Assembly (NCBI RefSeq): GCF_009914755.1
Contig: NC_060947.1
Length of the DNA stretch: 64,000 bases
Source: the human T2T-CHM13v2.0 reference genome, Homo sapiens
Reading direction: 5' to 3' (one strand)
Part shown: piece by piece, positions 27,446 to 39,191 of the stretch
Layout of the letters: each line of letters starts with the position of its first letter
How positions within the stretch are numbered: the stretch's first letter is position 1
Program-made: the position numbers and the translations under genes
The notes under the pieces: generated by a model
What the model was told of the DNA's origin: nothing
Database searches by the model: none
What the model saw: the letters and a program-made list of their open reading frames with translations, nothing else

Positions 27446-27652
27446 CTTTTTTAAAAATTTATTTTTTACTTTAAGTTCTGGGGTACAGGTGCAGGATGTG
27501 CAGGTTTGTTATATAGGTAAACGTGTGCCATAGTGGTTTGCTGCACCTATTAACCCATCACCTAGGTATTGAGCCCAGCATGCATTAGCATTTTTCCTAA
27601 TGCTCTCCCTCTCCCCACTCCACCCCACAACAGGCCCCAGTGCATGTTGTTC
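27446..27652 (-). mobile_element. L1PA (about PA8) 3' end
   Basis: TTTAAGTTCTGGGGTACAGGTGCAGGATGTGCAGGTTTGTTA...GGTTTGCTGCACC. Confidence 0.9.
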
Positions 27653-27862
27653 AATATGGGGGTTGACTGGGCTCAGCTGGGCAGTTTGTCCTGGGGTTTC
27701 TCAGTCAGACAGTGGTTGAGACTGGAACCATCTTAAAGGCTCCTTCACTCTCATGTCTGGTGCCTGGGTTGGGGAAAACCAGACAGCCAGGGGCTGGAAC
27801 AGATGGGGCTTCCTGGGCATCTCTTTCTTTATGTAGTCAGTCCACCATGGCAGACACAGGGC

Positions 27863-28257
27863 TGTGTTAGGATGTTTTTGAGCTGTTATAAAGAAATACC
27901 TGAGACTGGGTAATTTATTTAAAAAAAGAGGTTTAATTGGCTCACGGTTCTGCAGACTGTACAAGCATGACTCCTGAGTCTGCTTCTGGCGAGGGCTTCG
28001 GGAAGCTTTCAGTCATGGTGGAAAGCAAAGGGAGAGCAGGTATGTCACATGGTGAGAACTGGAGTGAGAGAGAGCAAGGAGGAGGTCCCAGATTTTTAAA
28101 CAACCAGATCTCATGTGAACTAACTGAGCAAGAACTCACTCATCACCAAGAGGATGGCGCTAAGCCATTCATGAGGGATCCACCGCACCGATCCTCCAAC
28201 ACTGGGGATCACATTTAAACATGAGATTTGGAGGGGACCTACATCCAAACCATAGCA
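27863..28257 (-). mobile_element. MSTB MaLR solo LTR
   Basis: AAAGAAATACCTGAGACTGGGTAAT...CATCCAAACCATAGCA; TSD AGGGC/AAGGC. Confidence 0.88.
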
Positions 28258-28449
28258 AAGGCAGCTGTACTTCTTACATGGTGCATACCAGGCACACAGA
28301 AGAGTGCCTTAATGGTAAATATTATGTTCATCCAAAGGGATTCTGAGTTTAGAATTCCAAGCAAGCAAATTATAGGTAAACACATCGTTCTCCTTATAGT
28401 AGGCTATATAAGGCCGACCTGTGGGACAGGAGAGTGTGGGGTGTGCAGA

Positions 28450-28481
<32 letters not shown>
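28450..28481. repeat. (TG)n microsatellite
   Basis: GT repeat read directly. Confidence 0.9.
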
Positions 28482-29873
28482 CAAGGGGTGCTGAGTAAAC
28501 AATCTTATGATTCCCAGCATCCCCTAGAGGCTCCTCTTGCTCCTGGCTGGAGAGAGGGAAATTCACAATGTCCTGTCCCTCTCCACCTCCAGCTTCTTCT
28601 TTGTAATCTGAGGTTTTTTGTGGCCATATATTGCCTTTTGTCCTCCACAAGGAAGCATGTCTAACTACCAAGTTGCACAGTAATAATTGAGCGTATCATA
28701 GAAGAGGCTGTGAATTTTCCTTGGTTCTAACCATGCCCAAGTGGCTCAGCCTTCAAAGCTTATAAACTTAGCTCAACTCAAACATAGGAGGGTATCTTGT
28801 TTTCTGTTAATTGGCTATAAAATAGAATTACTGTAAAAGTAAAACCATGTTGGGAATCAATCAAGGACTCCTTGATCTAAATTTGGAGAATGAGGAAGGC
28901 TTTTTTCAAGACGTATAGGAAGGGTAGGCATTTTCCCAGGGGAATTGAACCTTGCGAGGCTAGAGTTTAACTGTATTGTATACATACTACTTGCTTAACC
29001 CTTTTAAAGCCAATCAAAAATTAATTTGTACGTCCAGCATTAGAAGCTTGTTTTATTTACTTATCATTAAGGTGGTGTTTGTTTGGTTTTAAAAGTACTT
29101 TGGATGCTTTTCTTTGAGCTTTTCTTTGTGGTAATTAAGTTAATTGAGAGAAGTCAGGGTCCTAAGGTTTGAGAAATGAAATTACTGATTATCTTCTTAT
29201 TCAGGGAGTTTAAAGTTAATTTCAGAATCATAAGTAAAGGAGAGATGACAAGTCCAGTTTTATGAACTAAGGCACTGACTTCAGCCACTTAAGGAAATTA
29301 GCCTAAGCCCAGTTTCTAATTGTCTTGATCCAATTGTGTGAATTATTCCCATTTTTTGCTTTTCTCATAAAAACAACTGGACACACATTTCTTGTAAAGG
29401 ATAATTCATTTATTAAGAGCATCTTTAGTGCAATTTGACCAAAGGTCCTGTTCTGGGGAATTTATTAAGATATCTCTTGGTTTATTCTGTTCTCTAGGCC
29501 TGGGATCTTCTTCCTGTTCTTCTGTATCTCTATGACTCTCATGCGTCCTTGAAGACCCTACCAAGGTCCTGATGGATATCTCCACTCCTCAAATTGAGTA
29601 AGTTGCCTTGTCTCAGTGGGCATAGGCCTGCTATGCACCCATTTCTTTATGGTTTTCATCACTTGAAATGAAAGCAAGCAATTCTCTGTTCAGATGTCTG
29701 TCTCCTCACTAGATGTGAGCTTTCTGAGGACAGTAACTTTTTTATTCAACAGTGTGCTCCCCATACTCAAATAAAATTATGTATGCAAAGGAGAAACTGT
29801 GCCCCAAATTGAAGGCAAATGGTATGCACCCAATAATAAAGTGGGAGTATGAGCCATTTTGATGACTGAAATG

Positions 29874-30052
29874 TAGTTGTCCCTTGGTATCTGAGGCAGA
29901 TTGTTTCCAGGACCCACTTCTGATACCAAAATCCATGGATGCTCAAGTCCCACAGTTGGTCCTGTGGAACAGTGTATTTTCGAATAGTGTATTTCTATCT
30001 GTGTTTGGTTGAATCTGAATATGTGGAACACACAGATATGGAGGGCCGACTG
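29874..30052 (+). mobile_element. MER2/MER8-type Tigger MITE
   Basis: AGTTGTCCCTTGGTATC...TTCCAGGACCC...CCAAAATCCATGGATGCTCAAGTCCC...GGAGGGCCGACTG+TA. Confidence 0.75.
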
Positions 30053-30177
30053 TATAATTTGTTATGCATGTTGCAAATCGATAATCATTTACGGACTAAA
30101 TCTAATAATCAACCAAACTGGGAATTTTGCCATAGTTGGGTTTTATCATCTGTAATCCCTAGCTGATTGATAAATAA

Positions 30178-30739
30178 TGTAGTAGTGATCTATTGTGTAA
30201 CAAGTTACTCAACACTTAGAGGCTTAAAACAACACAGATTTATGATATCACGGTTTCCATGGTTCGGGAATCTGAGTGTGGCTTAGCTGGGTCTTCTGCT
30301 TTAGGATCTCTCATGGGCTGTAGTCATCTCAGATCGACTGGGAAGGATCCACTTCTGAGCTCACTCACATGGCTGATGGCAGGATTCATTTCCTTGGAGG
30401 CTGGTGGACTGAGTCTTCAATTCCTCATGAGCTGTTGGCCAGAAGTCTCTCTTTGTTCATTGCCATGTGGGTCTCTCCAAAGAGTGTCTCACAACATGGC
30501 AGCTGCTTTCATCAGAGCAAGCAAGTGAAAGGCAGGAGAGAGCACCAACTAGAGAGCATGCTAACAAGACATAAATCACATTGTTTTATAACCTAATCTC
30601 AGAAGTGACATCCCATCACTTTTGCCATATTCTATTGGATACTAGGTCCAGCTGACACTTAAGGGGAGGGAATTACACAAAGGTGTGAATGCTATGAGGT
30701 AGAGATCATTGGGAGTTATGTCAGAGGCTGCCTACAACA
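30178..30739 (-). mobile_element. MLT1E-type MaLR solo LTR
   Basis: TG...CA ends, MLT1E motifs, perfect TSD AATAA. Confidence 0.85.
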
Positions 30740-30880
30740 AATAATAAGAATTTAAGAAAAACACAAAATGGATAACACAGTATCTGATGGTACAAAAATA
30801 AACCATACTACTGTGATTGAACTACTATCAGAATGGATATATAGGAGAGACAAGAAAGTTTAAGCCTAAATTATTTAATG

Positions 30881-31064
30881 CTTCCTCCTCCTCCTCCTCC
30901 TCCTCCTTCTTCTTCTTGCATTGGGATCTCGCTCTGTCACACAGGCTGGAGTGCAGTGGCATCATAATAGCTCATTGCAGCCTTGACCTTCTAGGATCAA
31001 GCAATCCTCCTGCCTCAGCCTTCTGAATAGTTGGAACTACAGCAGTGAGCCACTGTGCCTGGCT
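30881..31064 (-). mobile_element. FRAM / Alu right monomer with (CCT)n(CTT)n tail
   Basis: CTCGCTCTGTCACACAGGCTGGAGTGCAGTGG...; the tail position is occupied by a triplet repeat. Confidence 0.8.
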
Positions 31065-31074
31065 AAACCTTTAT

Positions 31075-31390
31075 TCTCAATCCATAAGCATTCATTGACA
31101 GTCTATTTGGTACCAAGCATCATGATGCACTCAGGGTACCCTAGAGAGGAATAAAACTTTATTTGTGACTGAAAAAGTTTAGAGATTAGTGAAGAAAATC
31201 AGTATGGAAAAAAGTCAGTTTGGAAAATTTCATAATACAAGTATATTAATAGTGTTTTTGCAGTACAGTGATAGAGTGCATGTCAGGAAATTTTACTTTG
31301 AATTACTGAAAGTTTTGTGGAGAATTGAGCAATGAGAAATAATTCCCTAAGCAGAGAGTGACGGGAGGGAAAAGAGCCCGTGTAAAGGAA
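31075..31390 (-). mobile_element. L2 3' fragment
   Basis: AAGCATTCATTGACAGTCTATTTGGTACCAAGCA, a degenerate L2 terminus. Confidence 0.5.
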
Positions 31391-31668
31391 GAAATGTTAC
31401 TGATTAGGGATTTTTGAAATCAGGAAATGATTTTAACTGTCCCCAAGTCTCAATCTCAATGCCAAAGGGAAGCAGGGAGGTTTAAGTCCTACACCAAGAT
31501 GATATAGTCAAGATAATCTTTGGAAACTGCTCTTGTCTCCTTAAAGATTAGTTGAGTGGGGTGGGGTGGATTTATCTGAATGCCATGACTGGTCTTTGAT
31601 AACACTTTCAGTCATGCACATTTTATCTTTAGGATTGTAGCTGAAGCTCCTCTCCTCCTCTGTGGTAC

Positions 31669-32196
31669 TGTTGTACCCAGGCGAGTTAGAGAAAACGCCA
31701 CACTTTGAGACGAATTAAGAGTCCTTTATTAGCCAGCGACCGAGAGACGGCTAACGCTCAAAATTCTCTCGGCCCCGAAGAAGGGGCTAGATTTTCTTTT
31801 ATACTTTGGTTTAGAAAGGGGAGGGGGGTCTAGTTAAAACAATTTTACAGAAATAAAGTAGGCAAAAAGTTAAAAGGATAAATGGTTACAGGAAAGTAAA
31901 CAGTTCCAGGTGCAGGGGCTTTAAGACTATTACAAGGTGATAGACTCGGGGCTTTGGGCATTATCAATCAGACGAATTCCTGGGAATTGCGGATATAGCT
32001 TGCCACAGTATCTTATCAGTTAATTGCATTCTTGGATGTGCTGGGAGTCAGCTTGCACAAGTTAAGTCCTTGAGGAAGGGGCTGCCAGTGAGAGAGCCAA
32101 GATGGAGTCTGTCTGGCTCTTTTAGCTAAGGGAGAGTCAATTCAGGTGGAAACAAGCCTAAAAACAGGGTTAGTAAAAACAAGGTTGGGCATTACA
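31669..32196 (-). mobile_element. LTR6A/LTR6B (HERV-S71) ERV1 solo LTR
   Basis: Reverse strand begins TGTAATGCCCAACCTTGTTTTTACTAACCCTG; TATAAAA (about 31800) and AATAAA (about 31727) on the minus strand; perfect 4-bp TSD GTAC; CpGs retained. Confidence 0.85.
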
Positions 32197-33589
32197 GTAC
32201 CTGTGTAACCCCAGGAACTCGATCACTTTCTGGTAGTTTCTAGCTACCGGAGGCTCCACCAGGCTGATCTTGATGGGCATTGTTCCTACCAGACTCCCCT
32301 GGAGATATCTCCTTCCTCTCTTGCCCATAAGAGTCTACTTAATATGTTTCCTCTTTGGAGGGGAGGACAGGAGGATATTCCTGTACTGGGGTGAGCATCC
32401 AGACAAGCAGAGAAACTGATCCTTCTGTCATCTTATTTTAAAGCCAGAGTCTAAGGTGGCAGCAGGTATTATCCATAATGATGTGGGGAGTGGGGTGTGT
32501 GCTTGGCTGTGGATTATAATTGCATTGTTTTTCTTTCAATTATCTTATTTTTTTTTGCTTCTGCTGTCACCTCAATTACAATTTCACAAATATACCTCCT
32601 CTTTTTATTATAGCAGCATATATTTATTTCTGGGTTTAATTATTTTTGGCATCCTTCAATTTCACATTCTTCAAAATAATGACTATGGGATGCCATTATC
32701 TAATGACTGATGAGTTCTCTATTCTGCCAAGTCATTGTCTCCTATTTAGGTTTTTGTTTTTTAAATGTTAGGTTGTATAAAAAGCATTACGTATGCTAGG
32801 GAGAAACTGTAGTTCAGAGATGGTGACAGAGCTGACATTTGAATCCAAAGCCTGTGTCTTTGCACCAAGCCAAGCAAAAGATCCAGTAGATGAAATTACT
32901 GTCTGGAATCTTTGAGAAATCTCCAATGTCAGGAGAGCTTCCAGGTGGTGAGAACTGGGCAAATGATCTTTTTCTTTTCCAATAAGGAGGAGCATTCTTC
33001 AAACTATAGGTTGATTTGCTTGCTGTCAATCCTTGGAATAAGAATATGGATAGGCTGAGCTAAGAGAGCTTATACAATGGAATGGTTTGACTTTCTGATC
33101 GCCTATACTACCACTGCTCCTGGTTCATATCTCTAGTGAGAGAGAAGTGAAGCACTGAATAAGAAGACATCACTAATAATTAAAGAATCAAAGTGTCAAC
33201 AAAATGATGGATTCTTCATGTATTTCTGAAAGGATACAAAACAAAAAACACCATTATGACTCCTTTCTAAGGCATGTAACAACTCTCCTTTATGTGGCTT
33301 TTGGAATTTACCTATTTATGACATGAGATCCAGCTTCCTCTCCTGAACCTAAGGGTCATAAAGACTCTCTTCCTTGTTGACCATAAGGCAGTTTCCGGCT
33401 GGCATCTTACTTTCTTTTTGAATATAAAATAAATTCTTAAGTGTCAATGTTTGCAGGAACAAGGATGAGTTATTCCTAGCCTCTGATTGGTAAAAATTTC
33501 CCTTCTTTTTATCTGCAATAAAGTTTTTATAGATGACAAAGTCTGATTTTTAAATTCTGAGCTACAATAGCAGCATGTATAAAATTATG

Positions 33590-33760
33590 CTACAATTATG
33601 TGCTTATATATCTGTCTCTCCCACTAAATTGGGAACTCCCTAAAGGTTGGAGTTGTTTGTCATTCTTTTATATATTGAAATGCATATAACAGTGCCTGCA
33701 CCTAAGAAATTGCTAACAAATGGTTTTTCCATATAAATTCATTCATTCATTCATTTATTC
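33590..33760 (+). mobile_element. L2 3' end fragment
   Basis: TCTGTCTCTCCCACTAAATTGGGAACTCC...AACAGTGCCTG. Confidence 0.55.
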
Positions 33761-34964
33761 ACATTGTTCAGTCTCCCTGGATTTTACTTTCCCTACTTTT
33801 TATTAGAATAACAGTATAACTAGCACCTGGCAAATTGTCAGACACATAGTAGATACTCAATAAATGATATGACATTCCTTCTCCCTATTCAGAGATGCAA
33901 TCCATCAAACCTGAAGAAGTAGATGTTATTTAGAGTAGTTGAGTATTCTGGGATGATGTTCTCATCCATTTTAGCTTCAAGTTTACCCTCCTATACATTT
34001 CTGTCCTTGGCCAAGGATCATAAGGAAAAGGCTTCCTGGGATGTCCTGCTTTCTCTGTCTTACATGAACATGATTTGTGTACAGACTGCAAGCCTTGTTA
34101 CTCTTGCTTGGTGAACATAGCTGTAAGTAACCCCTAACCTTCCAGACATGATTTGTTCTGGTCCAAGCCCCTTTTTTATTTATCCTTGTTAAACATCCTC
34201 TTCTCTAATTGTTGTACGTGCCCTTTTATGCATCTGAGTTCATCAAATGACTGCTATTCATGTTCCACTTTGATCAGAGAGGCTCAGAAATATTTAATGC
34301 TTACAAAACAGAAACATGATAAAATATCACGTCACAAATATAGTCAAATTAGTATGTGTGATTTGAAATCTTATTAATGCATTAAACTACTTCATTTTGG
34401 TCCTGTCTATTTTTAAATGTCCAAACACATTAATAAAAGATCTGTGAATTTTTTTAAATGGCTTTTAAAAAAAAAATCAAGATGCTGAGGGCCTAAATCT
34501 TTAACTTGATTAAGGAATTAAGGTCCATAGTTCCTTGTCTGCAGTTCTGAAATTCCCCCAAAACTGACAAGCTAAAGTTTTGTTTGTAACTTACTTGGTG
34601 ATAAAATTTGAGCTGAACTGAAGAGAGGTTATTTATAGTCTCTCTTTATCCTACTTGGTGTGAATATTTATGTTTCATGGAAAAATATCAATGTTTGATT
34701 ACTGTGTGCTGCCCCAGGCCTCACTGCAAATGTTGTTTAATATATGGTCTATGTTCTCTATGAACCTCCTAAAATCTGAAAAGTCTACGTTTTGAAACAT
34801 ATTTACTCCCAAGAGTTTCTTTAGGGTTAGGGATCATCCACCTATAGTTACCAAACTTCACCTCTTAGGTGTTGGTATTGTATATAAACACTAGTGTGGA
34901 ATTAAGTTCCATCATCTTTGATTATATTAGTTTCAAAGAATATTCAAAATAGTTCCTACCTAAC

Positions 34965-35690
34965 AAAGTATTTATGGATGAAATAATTTAATGTCTGGGA
35001 TTTGTTCAAAATAATATGGGAGAGAGGAAGCAGTTGTCAAGAATTTTGAAGAGTTTCAGATTTTACCCTACTTGCCAGGCTCACAAGTTACTCTGCCAGT
35101 TTTATGGATACTGGCAAAAGACACAAGGCTCTTGGGTTAGAGAAAAAGGACTTTATTATCCACAGAACAGAAAGCAGCATGAGTTTTATGTTCACATCAG
35201 ATCTCTCTTGGTTTTCAAGTCTCATGGAGGCAATGCAAAGTGGCTCAGTTGGATATTGTGCAAGCAGTAGGTTTGCATCACAGCTGGGGAACCTTGAGCT
35301 TAGGAAACATGGATCTTTTATAATGGGAAGTTAGCAAACTTTCTTGACTTTGCTTTGGAGGGAGACATTATCTTTATCATATTGGTCAGTAAACAAATAT
35401 GCCCTCTACTCTGAAGACAGACACTATCTTTTTCATCCAAGACTCTTTGCTAGACAAACATCCTTAAAAAGAGTTTATAACAAAGTCAGTGAGCACCTAT
35501 GCTCACAAGACATGAGGAAACACAAGAGACCCATGGAGACTTGTCTCCTAACAATCATGATGGTAGGGAGGAATACATGAAAAACAATTAGCTGTGACTT
35601 GATAATTATTAAAACTGGGTGATGGGTACATTGAAGTATAGTCTACTTTTGTATATTTTTGATGTTTTCCATAGATAAGTTAAAAAAAAA
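34965..35690 (+). mobile_element. L1ME 3' end split by an ERVL LTR
   Basis: AAGTATTTATGGATGAAAT...ATGTCTGGGATTTG, then after the insert CTGGGTGATGGGTACAT...TCTACTTTTGTATAT...A-tail. Confidence 0.65.
35035..35553 (-). mobile_element. ERVL-class solo LTR (MER76/LTR47-like)
   Basis: TGTCAAGAA...GATTTTACCCTACTTGC...GGACTTTATT...CCCATGGAGACTTGTCTCCTAACA; exact family uncertain. Confidence 0.65.
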
Positions 35691-35731
35691 AAGCAGCTTT
35701 ATAAGTAAAGTACTGTGTGATACTATACATA

Positions 35732-36695
35732 TGTATTAGGCCATTCTTGCATTGATATAAATAAATACCTGAAACTGGATAACTCATAAGAAAATATATA
35801 TAATTGGCTTACAGTTTTGCAGGCTGTACAAGCATGGCACCGGCACTGCTTGGCTTCTGGGGAAGCCTCAGGGAGCTTTGACTCATGGTGGAAGGTGAAA
35901 TGAGAGCATGCATATCATATGGCAAAAGCAGGAACAAGAGAGAGACTGAGGAGGGAGATGCCACACACTTAGAAATGACCAGATCTCATGTGAACTCAGA
36001 GTGAGAGATCATTTATCATGAAGGGGATGGCCCAAGCCATTCACGAGGAATCTGCCCCATGATCCAAACACCTCCCACCAGGCCCCACCTTAAACATTGG
36101 GGATTACAATTCAACATGAGATTTGGTGGAGACACACATTCAAACTATATCATTCTGCCCCTGGCCCCCAAAATCTCATGTCCTTTTCACACTGAAAAAT
36201 ACAATTCTTCCAACCTCTGCCTGTTACCCATTTCCAAAGTCACTTCCACATCAAGTATCTATAGAAATGCTCCACTCCTCAGTACCAATTTTCTTTTTTA
36301 GGCTGTTCTTGCATTGCTTATAAAGAAATATCTGAGACTGGGTAATTTATAAGAAAAGAGGTTTCATTGGCTCATGATTCCGCAGGTTGTATAGGAAGCA
36401 TAATGCCATCATCTGCTTCTGGGGAGGCCTCAGAAAGCTTACAACCATTGTAAAAGGCAAAAGGGGGAACAGGCACATCACATGGAAAAAGCAGGAGCAA
36501 GAGAGAGCGGGGAGGTGCTACACACTTTTAAATAACCAGATCTCAAGAGAACTCATTCACTAGCATGAAGACAGCACCAAGCCATGAGGGATCCACCCCT
36601 GTGACCCAAACACCTCTCACCAGGCCCCACCTCCAGCACTGGGGATTACAATTCAACATGAAATTTGGATGGGGACAAATATCCAAACTATATCA
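35732..36695 (-). mobile_element. MST MaLR provirus: LTR (35732-36152), 141-bp residual internal region, LTR (36294-36695)
   Basis: Two tandem MST LTRs separated by both ends of MST-int (TTCTGCCCCTGGCCCCC...; ...CAGTACCAATTTTC). Confidence 0.88.
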
Positions 36696-37169
36696 CCATT
36701 TAAATCACAATAAAAAATGCCCAATGAGATGGTGGTAATTACCATCTCACATCTCTACCTCACTGAACAAATGTCTGAGATCTATTCAGTAAATGTTCTT
36801 GGAGGCTGGTTTGTTAGAGTATTGACAAATTCAGTGTGATTAATTCAAATCTCTACAGGTTAAATAAAACCAACTGTGAAAGTCAGGAACATTGGAGAAT
36901 GGTAGAAAATGACCCTTCAGTTTCTAGTTTTTGGTGAGCACAATACACATATTACATATACATAAATATATATACCACAATATACATGTAACACATACAT
37001 TAATGTGATCGTATGTATATAAGTGAGATGAAGGCAAAGGAGACTTCATTTATGTACACGGCCTTTTATTCACATGAATAGTAATCAGAGTGTCAAAAAA
37101 GGAAATCTTGAAAATAATGCTAATGTAAGTGTTTTCAGCAAATATATGTCTTTAGAATATATATGCTTT

Positions 37170-37540
37170 AGTAACACATAAATACATTCCTGTTCTAAAA
37201 ACAGAGGTGTCTAGACTCAAAAGTGAATGTCTTATTCCCCACAGAGCAAGCACTACCCCCTCTCCAATTTCCCATTTGCCTCCAGAGAAGTAATTGCTGT
37301 TAACAGTTTGGTGTATACTCTTCCAGGCTAGTGTCTATAAATTTACATACATTAATATGTAAAAGTACAAATATAGTTTTTAAAGCATAAACGGGATTCT
37401 TCTGTGCATACTTTTATATACCCTACTTTTTTCATTTAAAAGTTTCTTGGAGATATTTCAATTTCAGTATATAAGAAACTGTTCCCATTTTAAAATTTGT
37501 TGCATAAAATTTATAGAATGGATGTATTATATTTGAAATA
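37170..37540 (-). mobile_element. old L1ME fragment
   Basis: TAATTGCTGTTAACAGTTTGGTGTATACTCTTCCAG...TCTTGGAGATATTTC. Confidence 0.6.
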
Positions 37541-37774
37541 TCCAATCTAAGCTCATCTTGCACTGCTGCTAAGAATTTTTCATAGTTATTATGAACACAT
37601 ATCACAACTGCCTTCTGTACCAAGTAAGCTTCATGGACCACTTCCTGCCCACCTGTGTCTGTAATCTAAGATAACCTTGACACAAATATATATTGAGAAT
37701 AAATTCTCTTTATGTATCAAGAGTCTTGACACTTTTTTTTTTATTATGAGGCTTATCTTAAATTCTCTTGCTAA

Positions 37775-38630
37775 ATTGTATAGGAAGAGAGCTTAAAGAG
37801 GAATAGGATATTTACATAGTCCCAGAGTATCTCCTCACCAGTTACTTATTAGTTATGAAAGGAAAATCTATATGGTGAAGGAACAAAACTTTAACCAAAT
37901 GACCAAAATTAGCATCACCAGTAAGGCCAAATGGGCATCACATGCCTCTGGCTATGAGACCTTGGGAAAGATACAACATCACTTATGTGATATTCTTACT
38001 AGATATGCATTACTTGGATCAAATCATGAGAAAACATTAGATAAACCTATATGAAGGGACATTCTGTAAAATAAGTCCCCTATACACTTTAAAATAATGA
38101 ATGAAATATAAATACTGATGAAAGAGGCTTAGGAACTGTTTCTGATTAAAGGATAGTAAATATACATGGCAACTAAATGTAATGTGTGATTCTGGACTGG
38201 ATCCTGTACTAGAAAAGAATTGCTATAAAGTACATTGTTGGGATAACCAATAAAATTGGAATATGGACTATAGATTAGATAAAAATACTGTATCGATGCT
38301 AAATTTCCTAATTTCAATAACTGCACTGTGGTCATGCAAGATTATATGTTGGAAATATTTTAGGCTATGTTAGGAAATACAGAAAATACGCACTGAGGGA
38401 TTAAGGAGTAAATGAATATGAATATGTCTGCACATGGTTCAGAAAAAAGTATATGTCTGTCTCTCTGTGTGAATGTGTGTGTGTAGACAGAGAGAGGGAC
38501 TATAACATGAATGTGGCAGATTATTTTAAATGAGTGACTATGGACATGGATAACAGGTACAAGTAAATTCTTTTTGCTATTTTTGCAACTGTTCTCTAAA
38601 ATTTAAATTATTTCAAATTAAAACATTGAA
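37775..38630 (+). mobile_element. L1MC4-like 3' UTR
   Basis: CATGGCAACTAAATGTAATGTGTGATTCTGGACTGGATCCTG...AATTGGAATATGGACTATAGATTAGAT. Confidence 0.8.
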
Positions 38631-39191
38631 GTACATGTTTTGGTTTCAAGACTGTAAAGAAACCTGCAGTGGATAAGTCATGCATTGAAGTTCATTCAAG
38701 AGATGGACGTAGAGTCTAGTTCAACCTCTTGTCTTCTTGGGGTGAGCTCTGATTACAGGACTTTAAGGAATGGTTCTTTTTCAATAGGTTTTCCGGAGGT
38801 ATTTTATGTATCTTACAATTAGGAACTGTCAAAACACTTCAGTTTCAGAAATACAAACAGCTGAGAAGCTGTTAATTTTCAGAGGCAGGAGGAAAACTTG
38901 TATTTTCAGTGGTAAGTTATTGTTTTAATAAAACATTGTCTTGCATCAACCTGTTGTACTAATTCTCCTTTTCAGGGGCTTTTCACTAAGCTGTGCCTAT
39001 GCAGATAGATAAGGTTGCCCCACTTTTAATTCTTTACTTTTTGTAATGCTGATGGAGTTTGTGAACAATGGCTCAAGTGAGCATGGCTTAAGTTTAGAGA
39101 AACATAAAAACATAGAAATTATTTTAAAAGACCTATAATCTCTCCTGCTAATCTACCTGTGAATTGCTCCAAGGAACTGGGAATAGCAATT

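Larger units (their letters stand above)
27375..28285 (-). mobile_element. MLT1H-like LTR split by L1PA and MSTB insertions
   Basis: Pieces at about 27375-27445, 27653-27862 (GACTGGGCTCAGCTGGGCAG...CTCACTC-type motifs) and 28258-28285 (CTTCTTACATGG). Confidence 0.6.
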
